Shown: piece by piece, positions 35,047-45,453 of the stretch
How the letters are laid out: every line of letters starts with the position of its first letter
Numbering within the stretch: the stretch's first letter is position 1
Assembly: GCA_964497885.1 (NCBI GenBank)
Contig: CAZCFF010000001.1
Coordinates: forward strand, 1,824 to 47,715
DNA: 45,892 nucleotides
Reading direction: 5' to 3'
Origin: an uncultured Candidatus Nitrosopelagicus sp.
GTDB lineage: Archaea > Thermoproteota > Nitrososphaeria > Nitrososphaerales > Nitrosopumilaceae
Notes under the pieces: generated by a model
The model's input: only the letters and a program-made list of their open reading frames with translations
Database searches by the model: none
What the model was told of the DNA's origin: nothing
Made by a program: the position numbers and the translations under genes

Positions 35047-36189
35047 TTAAGATATACCAAGTTCTGTAAATGTTTTTATTTTAACACCATCAAGATTCGA
35101 TAATTTTGCAGCTCTATGACCAACTATACATCCAATACCAGATGTTTTGGCATTATCTAATAATCTTTGAGTAATTATTCCATCCAAAATAAGACACTTA
35201 ACACCAGTTTGTGTAGATAGTTTATCTACTAATTCACTGATAGGTATTTTGAATAATTGGTTATCTTTATCATCTAATGCAACAGATTCTAATGTTTCAT
35301 TTAGATCTGGGTAAATTTTACTTATCACAGTTGCCAATGATTTGTCATCTTCATTTACTGTTACAGGTCCGGTACCTAATTTTTCCATTTCAATTTTCGT
35401 ATCATTTAGAATATCTGCTACACGTTGAGGGGTAAGCTCTTCTACTTCAATTCCTGTATCTGCACGTAATTCAATATCCACATTAACAACTGATTTGAGT
35501 TCCTTTAGAATAAATCCACCAGCTCTGTCACCATCCAAAAATGCCACAATTTTCTTTTTAGATTTACATAATTCTTTAATAGATTCATCTATAGTTGCAC
35601 CATTTATTGCTAGAGCATTATCAAATCCAGCTCTAAGCAGATTTAATATATCAGCTCTTCCTTCCACCAAAATTATCCATGGTGAATCATGAATTCCAGT
35701 ACTACATGGAAGTTTATTTGGACCATAAGTGGTAACTTTCCCTGCAATACTTTCGTGTACATCTTTTAGCATGGTATCACCCTCACTGACAGATTTAGTA
35801 GACCATTTTTGTTTGATTTCTTTTGCTCTACGTACAATATCTTCTTTTTTTGATGCACGTACATCATCTATTGCATCTAGTTTGAAATTACAGTCAAAGG
35901 GACCAACTTTATCAATACTTTCAATTGCTGCAGATATTAGTGCACAAGTATCAACATCAGTACTCATTGGTAAAAGTACATTACCATTTGTAGTGTTCTC
36001 AGTAGAAGTAGTATTAACTTCTATTCTTCCAACCTTGGAAACACGTTGAAGCTCATTCAGATTCATCTCAGGGCCTAAAAGACCCTCAGTTTGTCCGAAT
36101 ATAGCTCCTATGATGTCTGCACGTTCGACAAGTCCATCGACATCGAATGACAGTTTAACATGATACTTGACGATTCCAGTGTACGGCAA
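35047..36189 (-). CDS. dnaG: Archaeal DnaG (TOPRIM, exosome-associated)
   Basis: GAIFGQTEGLLG, VEGRAD, DGDRAG and LDGIITQRLLD motifs. Confidence 0.95.
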   Translation of the reverse strand: MPYTGIVKYHVKLSFDVDGLVERADIIGAIFGQTEGLLGPEMNLNELQRVSKVGRIEVNTTSTENTTNGNVLLPMSTDVDTCALISAAIESIDKVGPFDCNFKLDAIDDVRASKKEDIVRRAKEIKQKWSTKSVSEGDTMLKDVHESIAGKVTTYGPNKLPCSTGIHDSPWIILVEGRADILNLLRAGFDNALAINGATIDESIKELCKSKKKIVAFLDGDRAGGFILKELKSVVNVDIELRADTGIEVEELTPQRVADILNDTKIEMEKLGTGPVTVNEDDKSLATVISKIYPDLNETLESVALDDKDNQLFKIPISELVDKLSTQTGVKCLILDGIITQRLLDNAKTSGIGCIVGHRAAKLSNLDGVKIKTFTELGIS

Positions 36190-36302
36190 TTAATTTTCAT
36201 CTCCATTTTATTCAATATATTTAAGTCTTCAATGATAGTTATAAGTGCTTATGACTGAGGCTAACTCCCTCTAAGAAAATAAAATAAAATTTGAAAAAAT
36301 GA

Positions 36303-36767
36303 TTATTCAGTACTGAACGATGAACCACAAGAGCATGATTTGGTCACGTTAGGATTATTGATTTTGAATCCAGATCCCATGAGACTTTCAATATAGTCCA
36401 CATTTGCACCCTTGAGATGTTCCTGACTGTAAGTGTCAACTATTACTTTGACACCATTTTCTTCAATAGTTAGATCATCTTCTTCTGCTGCTTTCTCGAA
36501 ACCCATTCCGTAAGAAAGTCCAGAACAACCACCACCTTGAACATAAATTCTAAGAAATTCTGGCTTTTCTTTTTCTTCAGCCATGAACTCATTGATTTTC
36601 TCAGCAGCTTTTGCAGTGATAGTAATCAATTTTCCTGATTGTGTTTGAGGTTGTGGTGACTCGACAACTACTTCTTGAGGTTTTGGAGATTCATGAGATT
36701 CTCCATGATCGTGTCCACATCCACATGAATGATCAGCAGATGTTTCGTGACTTTGTTCTGTAGTCAT
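36303..36767 (-). CDS. A-type Fe-S carrier (HesB/IscA/ErpA) with His/Cys-rich N-terminal extension
   Basis: GGGCSGLSY and CSCGSSF motifs. Confidence 0.93.
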   Translation of the reverse strand: MTTEQSHETSADHSCGCGHDHGESHESPKPQEVVVESPQPQTQSGKLITITAKAAEKINEFMAEEKEKPEFLRIYVQGGGCSGLSYGMGFEKAAEEDDLTIEENGVKVIVDTYSQEHLKGANVDYIESLMGSGFKINNPNVTKSCSCGSSFSTE

Positions 36768-36843
36768 ATATTCAACTCTGATTGGTCCAAATTATAATAA
36801 CCTTTTCATACTAAACCTATTATGAATGAAATAGAAAGTCTGT

Positions 36844-37605
36844 TTATTTTTTACCCTTATTAACAAAATTGGTCATTCTTTCCTCTCTCTCAGGATCTGA
36901 AAAACAATTTCGCCAAGCAAGTAATTCAACACCCAATCCAGTATCCAAATCTGCATTACGTCCTTTGTTAATTGCAGTTTTTGACATATGAACAGCAAGA
37001 GAAGCGTTTGCTGCTATGGTTTTTGCCATCTTGATAGATTCATCCATTAAAGCTGCTTGCTCATATACATGGTTAACAAGACCAATCTCTTTTGCAACAT
37101 TTGCATTAACTGCTTTCCCAGTAAAAACAAGTTCTTTAGCTTTTGCAATTCCCACAATTCTCATTAATCTTTGTGTTCCACCCCAACCAGGTGGTATTCC
37201 AATTGTAACTTCTGGTTGACCAATTTTTGCATTATCAGATGCAATTCTAATATCACAAGACATAGCAAGTTCACATCCACCACCTAAAGCAAATCCATTA
37301 ACTGCAGCTATAGTTGGTTTTGTTACATTTTCAACAGTAGCTGTAAGTTCCTGCCCAAGTTTTGCATAACGTTCAGATTCTTCTGATGATATTTTTGACA
37401 TATATTCTATGTCTGCACCTGCAGAAAATGCTTTATCACCTTCACCAGTTAAAATAATTACTTTAACACTATCATCTTTGTCTAAATCCTTGAAAGTAGT
37501 GATTATTTCCTTTGCAACATCAATGTTCATGGCATTTAATTTTTCAGGACGATTAATTTTAACAGTACAAATTCCTTCATCGTTTTTTATTGTTAAGAGA
37601 GACAT
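36844..37605 (-). CDS. Crotonase-family enoyl-CoA hydratase, likely 3-hydroxypropionyl-CoA dehydratase/crotonyl-CoA hydratase of the HP/HB cycle
   Basis: AFSAGAD, GGGCE and [12 protein letters not shown] motifs. Immediately downstream of the ADP-forming CoA ligase. Confidence 0.88.
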   Translation of the reverse strand: MSLLTIKNDEGICTVKINRPEKLNAMNIDVAKEIITTFKDLDKDDSVKVIILTGEGDKAFSAGADIEYMSKISSEESERYAKLGQELTATVENVTKPTIAAVNGFALGGGCELAMSCDIRIASDNAKIGQPEVTIGIPPGWGGTQRLMRIVGIAKAKELVFTGKAVNANVAKEIGLVNHVYEQAALMDESIKMAKTIAANASLAVHMSKTAINKGRNADLDTGLGVELLAWRNCFSDPEREERMTNFVNKGKK

Positions 37606-37642
37606 AATGAAAACACTTCCATGATTAAATTAAATGTTATCT

Positions 37643-39760
37643 CTAACCTCTAACGGAACCCCAATGGAATAACGCAGATGCAGCTGCAACCCATGTTCGA
37701 AGGTCCTGATAAACTGGTACATTGTGTTTTTCAATCAATTTTATCATTTTTTCAGTGTATGGACCACCATTTCCACCACATAAAATTGGCTTTTTTCTTT
37801 TCTTTGAAAGTCCAGCTAGATATTCAACAATTGTTTCTTCAAGAGGATCGTCTTGAAATACAAACCAAGGCATTGCGATATCAACATTCTTGTCATCTAA
37901 GAATTGCTGAATAACGAATCTGTAATCATCTGCAGTAGCACCACCACCTACATCTGCTGGATTGCCACTATGAATAGGAACTGTTGGTGGGAAATGTTCC
38001 TTTATTTTTTTACGAGTTTTTGATGTTAATTTTCCTATAGTAAGACCTAATCTTTCTAAATGATCAATTCCCCCAATCATTGGACCAGCACCATTACTGG
38101 TCATGGCAACACGGTTACCCTTTGCAGGAGGTTGCCATGCCATTGCCTTCAAGACTCCAACTAATTCTTGATAACTATCAACAGAAATAATTCCTGCCTG
38201 CTTGAATGCACCCATAATCATTGCATTATCACCGCCGAGAGAACCTGTATGTGATGCGGCTTGTTTTGCACCTGCCTCACTTCTTCCACTCTTCCAAATC
38301 ACAATTGGTTTCTTCTTTTCTTTCATTACACGTTTTGCAGTTTTTATGAATTTTCTACCATCACCAAATCCTTCAACGTAAAGTCCAATTACCTTAGTTT
38401 GAGGATCATTTGCAGCATACCATATCATGTCTGCTTCATCAACATCAGAACGGTTACCAAAACTAATCATTTTTGATAAACCAAACAAATCTGCACTCTC
38501 CAACATACTAATTCCCATTGTTCCGCTTTGTGAAAAGAATGCAACATTTCCTAATTTTGAACGAACCATTCTTGCCTGTCCCTGGAATGCACAATCAAGT
38601 CTATTTGCTGCATTAAACATTCCAATACAGTTGGGACCGATCACACGGATTTTGTGTTTCAATGATAATTTTTTTACCTCTGCCTCCATGGCGGCTCTGT
38701 CACCACCAAGTTCTTTACCACCACCCGAAACTATTACAACACTATGAATTCCTTTCTTTGCGCATGTTTTCATGATTGGACCACATGCTGAAAGATCAAC
38801 GCAAACAACAACCAGATCAATTTTTGCCTTGATTGATTCTAATGAAGGATAACATTTGATTCCAAGAATTTTCTTTTGTTTAGGATTGATTGGGTATACT
38901 TTACCTTTGTAATCTTGTTTACCTAATGCATCTAAAACAGAATTACCAATTTTTCCTGGTGTTGCAGATGCACCAACTAATGCGACTGATTTTGGAGTAA
39001 AGAATTTCTCCATTGATGTAATGATTGGTTTTGCTTTTGAAATTGAATTCTTTTTTAGTTCTTTATTTAGAATGATCTTTGCATCTACTACAAAGTAAGA
39101 TTTTGGGTATACAATTACGGGATTAAAGTCGATACTGTTTATGTAATCAGAATTATCAACTCCTATCTTTCCAATTTGGACTAAGGCTTTTGCTACCATG
39201 TTTGTATCAATTGGGGCACTTCCACGGAATCCTTTGAGAAGTTTTGAACCCTTTAATTCATTTAGCATTGATTTTGCATCAGATGTTGTAATTGGAAGCA
39301 TTCTAAATGCAACATCTTTAAGAATATCAGTAAGAACTCCACCCAAACCAACCATAAGCATTGGACCAAATTGTGGATTATTTTGTATACCAACAATTAG
39401 TTCAACTCCTCCTTTTGGAATCATCTTTTCCAAAAGAATTCCTTTTACATCTATACCTTTTTTCTTGGATAAACGACCATACATGTCATTAAATGTCTTT
39501 TTGACATCTGCTACATTGTCTATGCCAACTTTTACACCACCAACATCAGTTTTATGGAGAATTTGTGGGGATACAACTTTCATTACTAATGGAAACCCAA
39601 TTTTTTTTGCAGCCTTTGCTGCTTCATTGGTAGATTTGACTAGAGCAAATCCAGGAACTTTAATTCCATATTTTTTTAAAATTGATTTTGCTGCTTCTTC
39701 AGTTATGACTTTATGATCAGTTTGAATTGTATCATCAAAAATTTTTGTAATACTGTTCAT
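37643..39760 (-). CDS. ADP-forming acyl-CoA synthetase, likely 3-hydroxypropionyl-CoA synthetase (HP/HB cycle)
   Basis: N-terminal ATP-grasp (HKTDVGGV), CoA-binding GAS, GPNC and phospho-His SHTG. Paired with the hydratase. Confidence 0.88.
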   Translation of the reverse strand: MNSITKIFDDTIQTDHKVITEEAAKSILKKYGIKVPGFALVKSTNEAAKAAKKIGFPLVMKVVSPQILHKTDVGGVKVGIDNVADVKKTFNDMYGRLSKKKGIDVKGILLEKMIPKGGVELIVGIQNNPQFGPMLMVGLGGVLTDILKDVAFRMLPITTSDAKSMLNELKGSKLLKGFRGSAPIDTNMVAKALVQIGKIGVDNSDYINSIDFNPVIVYPKSYFVVDAKIILNKELKKNSISKAKPIITSMEKFFTPKSVALVGASATPGKIGNSVLDALGKQDYKGKVYPINPKQKKILGIKCYPSLESIKAKIDLVVVCVDLSACGPIMKTCAKKGIHSVVIVSGGGKELGGDRAAMEAEVKKLSLKHKIRVIGPNCIGMFNAANRLDCAFQGQARMVRSKLGNVAFFSQSGTMGISMLESADLFGLSKMISFGNRSDVDEADMIWYAANDPQTKVIGLYVEGFGDGRKFIKTAKRVMKEKKKPIVIWKSGRSEAGAKQAASHTGSLGGDNAMIMGAFKQAGIISVDSYQELVGVLKAMAWQPPAKGNRVAMTSNGAGPMIGGIDHLERLGLTIGKLTSKTRKKIKEHFPPTVPIHSGNPADVGGGATADDYRFVIQQFLDDKNVDIAMPWFVFQDDPLEETIVEYLAGLSKKRKKPILCGGNGGPYTEKMIKLIEKHNVPVYQDLRTWVAAASALFHWGSVRG

Positions 39761-39801
39761 AATAGATCGATAAAAAAATTTTTCAATATATTAAACTTTG
39801 G

Positions 39802-40482
39802 TCATAAGGAAAACTCTTTTTTCAGATTTTTATAAAAATTCATCATATTTCCTTCAATTATGGTAAGGTATTTTGGTATCTCATCTTTCACATTTTGAAC
39901 ATCCATATTGGAAATATCTTCCTCAGTCGTATTTAGCCAAAGATTAATTGTTGGTTCATCAATCTCTAAATGAAATTGAATACCCACTGCACTACCTATT
40001 TTGAAAGCTTGATTAGGATAATTTCTTGAAGATGCTAATCTAATTGCCTGTTTTGGTAGATCAAATGTTTCATTATGCCAATGAAAAACCGAAAAAGGTT
40101 GTCTAAAATTAGAAAATATTTTTGATTGATTTTGGTTTTCTGGTATAATATCATGATAAAATCCAATTTCTCTTTTTTCCCCACGATAAATCTTAGCACC
40201 AAATGCTTTTGCTAATAATTGGGAGCCTAAACAAATTCCTAACACTGGAATATTTTCTGAAACATAGTTTTTCATCAGTTTCAATTCATCTGCAAAATGT
40301 GATAGATTATCATTTACACTGTCGGGTGAACCTAATATTATAAGAAAAGGAAACTTTTTTTCAGGTATTTTTTCACGTTTTGCATTGATTATTTTGAGTG
40401 TATAACCGTCACTTTCTAACATCTTGCCTAATTGACCAATTCCTTCAACAGCTGAGTTCTGAATAACAAGAATCTCAGTCAT
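39802..40482 (-). CDS. Stand-alone class I glutamine amidotransferase-like protein
   Basis: GICLGSQ nucleophile elbow and QFHLE complete the Cys-His-Glu triad. Confidence 0.9.
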   Translation of the reverse strand: MTEILVIQNSAVEGIGQLGKMLESDGYTLKIINAKREKIPEKKFPFLIILGSPDSVNDNLSHFADELKLMKNYVSENIPVLGICLGSQLLAKAFGAKIYRGEKREIGFYHDIIPENQNQSKIFSNFRQPFSVFHWHNETFDLPKQAIRLASSRNYPNQAFKIGSAVGIQFHLEIDEPTINLWLNTTEEDISNMDVQNVKDEIPKYLTIIEGNMMNFYKNLKKEFSL

Positions 40483-40560
40483 AGTATAGATTTTTTGAGT
40501 TACATTATATGTTTGATAGCTAAATGGATGAAAATATTCAGAAAAAATAATGATTGAAAA

Positions 40561-41835
40561 TTATGGCCAAATACCCTTATGATTAAAGGCTTCTAATACA
40601 CGTTCTACAGCTAATACCATAGCAGCTTTTCTATTATCGATCTTATGTTTTTTTGAAATATTATAAGTATCCTTTAATCCTCTAACAATATTCGACTCCA
40701 TTTTCTTTGCAACTTCATCAAACGACCAATAATATCCCATATTGTTTTGTACCCATTCTAGATATGATATACACACACCACCAGAATTTGCCAAGATGTC
40801 TGGAATGACAAAAATTTTTTTCTTGTAAAGAATTGGATCTGCCTCAGGTAAAGTTGGTCCATTTGCAGCCTCACCTATGATCCTACATTGTAGTTTTTTT
40901 GCAATTGACGCAGTGATTTGGTTTTCGAGTGCTCCTGGAACCAAGATCTCACATTTTGTCGTAAGTAATTGCTCAGTTGAAATTTTCTTACTTCCTGGAA
41001 ATCCAACAACTGTTCCTTTCTTATTTTTCCAATCAAGGAGTTTCTGTACTTTAAATCCTTTAGAGACAAGAATAGAGCCTTTAGAATCACTCGCTGCAAT
41101 ACATTTTGCACCCATCTTTTCTAGATATTCGCCAGAAAATGTAGATGCATTACCAAATCCTTGTAAAACAACCCTTGCTCCTTTTAGTTTAACCTTCAAA
41201 ATTTTTGCGGCTTCTCTAATACAATATGCATTACCCAAACCAGTTGCAACATTTCGTGCAAGTGATCCACCAACAGGAATTGGTTTTCCAGTTATTGTTC
41301 CTGGTGAATAATTATTACCACTCATTTTTGTGAATGTATCCATAATCTGAGTCATTTCTCTTCCAGTTGTGTAAACATCTGGTGCTGGAATATCTTTTTG
41401 TGGACCTATTACTTCCGCTATTTTTGAAGCAAATTGCCGAGTTAATCTTTCCATTTCTCCATCACTTAATTTTTCTTTTTTTGGATTTACAAAAATTCCA
41501 CCTTTTCCTCCTCCAAGTGGTACATCAACAACAGCACATTTCCATGTCATCCAAGATGAAAGAGCCATTACTTCACGCTCCATGTATTTTACACCACCTT
41601 CTGGATCAAAATATCTGATACCTCCCTTGTATGGACCTCTATCATTGTTATGTTGGCATCTAAATCCAGTAAAAACACGAATTTTACCATTATCCATTTT
41701 TACTGGAACTTTCAGACGAAGAAATCTATTTGGCATTACTAGATAATCTCTTATGCCTTTATCCTTTATTCCTAAAACATTACATGCATCAAGAACCTGT
41801 TTTGTTGCATTCTCAAATGGGTCAGCTTGAGTCAA
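40561..41835 (-). CDS. gdhA: Glutamate dehydrogenase
   Basis: GPYKGGIR, GGGKGG, DIPAPD, GFGN and EAANGP motifs. Confidence 0.96.
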   Translation of the reverse strand: MTQADPFENATKQVLDACNVLGIKDKGIRDYLVMPNRFLRLKVPVKMDNGKIRVFTGFRCQHNNDRGPYKGGIRYFDPEGGVKYMEREVMALSSWMTWKCAVVDVPLGGGKGGIFVNPKKEKLSDGEMERLTRQFASKIAEVIGPQKDIPAPDVYTTGREMTQIMDTFTKMSGNNYSPGTITGKPIPVGGSLARNVATGLGNAYCIREAAKILKVKLKGARVVLQGFGNASTFSGEYLEKMGAKCIAASDSKGSILVSKGFKVQKLLDWKNKKGTVVGFPGSKKISTEQLLTTKCEILVPGALENQITASIAKKLQCRIIGEAANGPTLPEADPILYKKKIFVIPDILANSGGVCISYLEWVQNNMGYYWSFDEVAKKMESNIVRGLKDTYNISKKHKIDNRKAAMVLAVERVLEAFNHKGIWP

Positions 41836-41920
41836 GATGGATCAGATTTAATTTAAATTTGTATTTAAATGTCTCTAGTAAAACCAGATTTTTTAAAAAA
41901 TAATCAAATGGTAAAAAATT

Positions 41921-42295
41921 CTATTCAATTAACTGAATAGAATACACAACAAAACTACCCTTTTGAGATGTGAGTAAACCAATTAATCTTGCAGCAAAAC
42001 CATATTTTTTCTTACGAAGTTTAATAATTTCATCTGCACTTTCGTCTGTAATTATCTGCGCAATACCTTTGACCCATTGATTTTTGGGCTCTCCTTGAAA
42101 GGAACAGCTAACAATCCTAACATTTTGGTTATTTTTGAGTCTCTTAACTTTGCCCGTAGATTCTCTAGTTATTACATAGAGTAGATCATTGTCAATTACA
42201 AACCAGACAGGTGTTCTAACAAGTGATCCATCTTTTTTGTATGTTTCAAGATTGATATATTTTTGATTGTAAAATTGCTCCATTTTTTTTTCCAT
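41921..42295 (-). CDS. PPOX-class F420-dependent oxidoreductase
   Basis: LETYKKDG..TPVWF and GKVKRL.NN motifs. Start uncertain (42295 or 42283). Confidence 0.85.
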   Translation of the reverse strand: MEKKMEQFYNQKYINLETYKKDGSLVRTPVWFVIDNDLLYVITRESTGKVKRLKNNQNVRIVSCSFQGEPKNQWVKGIAQIITDESADEIIKLRKKKYGFAARLIGLLTSQKGSFVVYSIQLIE

Positions 42296-42417
42296 ATTGT
42301 GTATAGAGTGGTTTCCATATTTTAACACACTCAAATAGATCAGGATATGAAAATGAATAAAAATTTCAGTTCAGAATAACTAACCCTTAAATTGACTTCT
42401 ATTTTAATTCAGATATT

Positions 42418-43140
42418 ATGATGGCATCACGTGGTTATGACATGACACCTACAATGTATTCTCCAGATGGTCGAATCTATCAGGTTGAATATGCTATTGA
42501 AACTGTAAAAAGAGGAACCACAGCAGTTGGTATACAATGTAATGATGGTATAATACTTGCAGTAGAGGAAAAAACTCGTGATCTTCAAGTAGGAGATGTA
42601 ACTCAAAAAATTTTTCAGGTTGATGAACATATAGGTGTAGCAGCGGCAGGATATATTCCTGATGCGCGTGTTCAGGTTGACACAGCGCGCTTTTTTGCCC
42701 AAAGTAATAAGCTGACTTATGACGAGTCTGTTGAGGTGGAAACAGTTGCAAAACATTTAGCGGATCAAGCTCATCAATTTACACAATATTCAGGTGTACG
42801 TCCTTTTGGTGTTGCATTAATTGTTGCTGGAATTGATAAAAAGGGAACTAGAGTATTTGTTACTGATCCTAGTGGTACATACGTTTCATATGCTGCAGTT
42901 GCAATTGGTGGTACGTCAGATGACGTTACCAATTTTTTGGAAAAGAACTATAGAAAAGATATGTCTATGGATGATGCCATATCATTAGCAATTTCTGCAA
43001 TAAATCTCAAGAATGATAAAAGTAGTACAGACGACATCAAAATGTCAAAAATTCCATTGAGCACAAAAATAATAGAAAAAATCTCTAATGATGAATTAAA
43101 AAAATATGTTCAAGGGAAAAATGATACCCCTGCCAAGTAG
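42418..43140 (+). CDS. psmA: Proteasome alpha subunit
   Basis: GYD..YSPDGRIYQVEYA and RPFGV motifs. Confidence 0.97.
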   Translation: MMASRGYDMTPTMYSPDGRIYQVEYAIETVKRGTTAVGIQCNDGIILAVEEKTRDLQVGDVTQKIFQVDEHIGVAAAGYIPDARVQVDTARFFAQSNKLTYDESVEVETVAKHLADQAHQFTQYSGVRPFGVALIVAGIDKKGTRVFVTDPSGTYVSYAAVAIGGTSDDVTNFLEKNYRKDMSMDDAISLAISAINLKNDKSSTDDIKMSKIPLSTKIIEKISNDELKKYVQGKNDTPAK

Positions 43141-43181
43141 CATATCATATAAAATATAATATCAGATATAGTAGCATTAGT

Positions 43182-43871
43182 GTGGGTTTAGGTAGTTATT
43201 GGGGAGAAGTATTAGATGTTCTACAGGATATTATTCCTATATATGATAAAGTAAATTCCTATATTTCATTAGGAAAAGATTCTGAACATCGTAATAAAGC
43301 AATAAAGGGTAGAGTAAAAAAAGGAGATTTTGTACTTGATGCTGGTTCAGGATTTGGTAACATGTCAAAAACTGCAATCGATATAACCAATGGTGATATT
43401 CATGTAATGTTATATGATCCGTTAGTGCCTATGTTAAAAAATACAAATAGATTATTTGATAAAAAACCTGAAGTTGCTTGTGGTGTTTTTGAACATATAC
43501 CATTTAAAGATGAACAATTTGACACAGTTCTTTCTGGTTATTCATTACGTGATGCAATTAGTTTGAAAATAGCAATTTCAGAAATTCATAGAATTTTAAA
43601 AAAAGATGGTAAATGGGTTATAGTTGATTTGGGTAAGCCAGATAATCCAATTATTAGATTTGGTGTTTCATTATATCTGAAAACAATTTTACCAGTTATT
43701 GCATATACAATTGGAGGAAAACTTGGATTGAAATTTGCGGCACTTTATGAAACATATAGACTCTGGCCACAAAATAGAAAACTAGAATCACTCCTGAATG
43801 AAAAATTCTCAAAGATTGAATTTGAAAAGGACCTAATGGGTGGTGCAGTGATGATTGCTGCATATAAATAA
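43182..43871 (+). CDS. UbiE/MenG-like SAM methyltransferase
   Basis: YDKVNSYISLG, VLDAGSGFG and PFKDEQFD motifs. Confidence 0.85.
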   Translation: MGLGSYWGEVLDVLQDIIPIYDKVNSYISLGKDSEHRNKAIKGRVKKGDFVLDAGSGFGNMSKTAIDITNGDIHVMLYDPLVPMLKNTNRLFDKKPEVACGVFEHIPFKDEQFDTVLSGYSLRDAISLKIAISEIHRILKKDGKWVIVDLGKPDNPIIRFGVSLYLKTILPVIAYTIGGKLGLKFAALYETYRLWPQNRKLESLLNEKFSKIEFEKDLMGGAVMIAAYK

Positions 43872-43918
43872 AATTCAAAAATCCAAATCTTTAATTTTAT
43901 AACATTAAGAATAATTTC

Positions 43919-44272
43919 ATGATAGAATATTCGTTAAATATCATAGGTAGTGAATGGATAATAATTATTTTTGTAGTATTGATCTTACTATTAGGTACAA
44001 ATAGATTTCCAGAAGCAGCAAAAAAAATAGGAAAAATTGTGGGTGAATATAAAAAAGCAAAAGATGAAGTTGAAAAACAAATACAAGATACAACGAAAGA
44101 AAATTTTGAGATCTCAGGACCTGTACAAAATGAAAGACAGAAATTAGATATAATGTCTAAAACTTTAGGAATAGATTCTAAAAATAGAAGTGATGAAGAT
44201 CTTAGAAAAATAATAAAAAATAAAATTGGACAGTCTGAAAATGAGGCAGAAGTAAAAGACAAAAATAATTAG
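43919..44272 (+). CDS. tatA: Twin-arginine translocase TatA/E-family subunit
   Basis: Single TM helix, G..RFPEAAKKIG amphipathic helix, charged tail. Confidence 0.85.
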   Translation: MIEYSLNIIGSEWIIIIFVVLILLLGTNRFPEAAKKIGKIVGEYKKAKDEVEKQIQDTTKENFEISGPVQNERQKLDIMSKTLGIDSKNRSDEDLRKIIKNKIGQSENEAEVKDKNN

Positions 44273-44276
44273 GTTT

Positions 44277-45050
44277 CTATTCCTTCTTCAATCTGTAAAC
44301 ATTTTTTTCAAGTCGTTTTTTTGCAAAATTATAATATTCTTTTACAATTTCAAATCCTAAGTATTTTCTTTTCAACATTTTGCTAACTACTGCAACCTGT
44401 CCTGAACCTAAAAATGGATCAAATATAACATCTTTTTCTTCACTTGAATACATCAATATTTTTTTTATTATTTCAGCAGGTAATTTCGTTGGAGTTTTTT
44501 CGTCACCTGTCCAATATTCCCTTTTAATATTCCATACATCCTCCTTATCATTATAATGAAGACTCTTTCCATCAGTGGTTTTCGCATTTTTATTAAATCT
44601 TGAATAAGGAAAAAATTTTCGTTTGTTATTATCCTTGCATACGTACAAACAATGGTAATGTGATGTTACAAATTTTTTTGATGTAACTACCCCAAATTGA
44701 TATTTCCAAATTATGTGATTAATTGTTATGAATCCATTTTCGTCTAAAGCCATTAGTATATCCTTTAGATTATTCCATCCAGAAAATACATACATACTTC
44801 CAGATTTTTTTAAAATACGATTAACCTCATTCATCCAATTATAGGTAAAATTGTAATAATCCTTAGATTTAATTTCATTATATCCAGGTAAAACTCGTGA
44901 GGCAATTCTATTGTAGTTTGCTTTTTTAGATTTAAAATCAATAGCAAATGGAGGATCTGTAATAACTAAATCTATTTTTTTATCTGGAATGTCTTTCATT
45001 CCATCAAGGCAATCTTGATTATAGATTTTATTCAGACTAAATTTTTTCAA
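44277..45050 (-). CDS. Orphan beta-class amino (N6-A/N4-C) DNA methyltransferase
   Basis: Motif IV DPPF precedes motif I DPFLGSG. Confidence 0.92.
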   Translation of the reverse strand: MKKFSLNKIYNQDCLDGMKDIPDKKIDLVITDPPFAIDFKSKKANYNRIASRVLPGYNEIKSKDYYNFTYNWMNEVNRILKKSGSMYVFSGWNNLKDILMALDENGFITINHIIWKYQFGVVTSKKFVTSHYHCLYVCKDNNKRKFFPYSRFNKNAKTTDGKSLHYNDKEDVWNIKREYWTGDEKTPTKLPAEIIKKILMYSSEEKDVIFDPFLGSGQVAVVSKMLKRKYLGFEIVKEYYNFAKKRLEKNVYRLKKE

Positions 45051-45121
45051 TAATTATAGTGATCATACGTTACATAATAATTAATTAATTAAAAAAATAC
45101 AAGGTATAGATATCTATTTTA

Positions 45122-45316
45122 TTATCTATATTTGATCTTAGATTTTATTCGGTTAACTTGTGCCATCTCTTCTTTGAGGTGTTTCTTTAGTAGTCTTTCA
45201 TGCTGAGCCTTATGCTTCCAATAACAGTTCAAAACAGCTTGTCTTGACTTGGCTCGCTTTAACCCTGCCTGAAACTGTCTATGAATTGAGGCTACTTCTG
45301 TTGTGTAACTTGCCAT
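45122..45316 (-). CDS. Small basic helical hypothetical protein
   Basis: 64-aa K/R/H-rich ORF starting at ATG in its own intergenic slot. Confidence 0.7.
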   Translation of the reverse strand: MASYTTEVASIHRQFQAGLKRAKSRQAVLNCYWKHKAQHERLLKKHLKEEMAQVNRIKSKIKYR

Positions 45317-45453
45317 ATCCTTATTTCATTTAATTATACATAATGGTTTCGGATAAAATGGTCATTATTACATCAACATTGGATCATACTGACAGGGGTA
45401 CAAGTATACCATGGGATCATAAAACTATTAGATGACACAATCAAAAAATCTTC

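Noticed and set aside
36257-36271. GAGG/CCTC hairpin as a terminator
   Set aside because: The stem is only 4 bp, and archaeal termination relies mainly on T tracts.
45122-45316. Small basic ORF as the controller (C) protein of a restriction-modification system
   Set aside because: No recognisable HTH/Xre pattern and no endonuclease nearby.
45360-45440. Possible H/ACA sRNA (GTCAT/ATGAC basal stem followed by ACA, repeated GGATCATA)
   Set aside because: The upper stem is weak, there is no clear K-turn, and the pocket-to-ACA distance is too long. More likely divergent promoter DNA.
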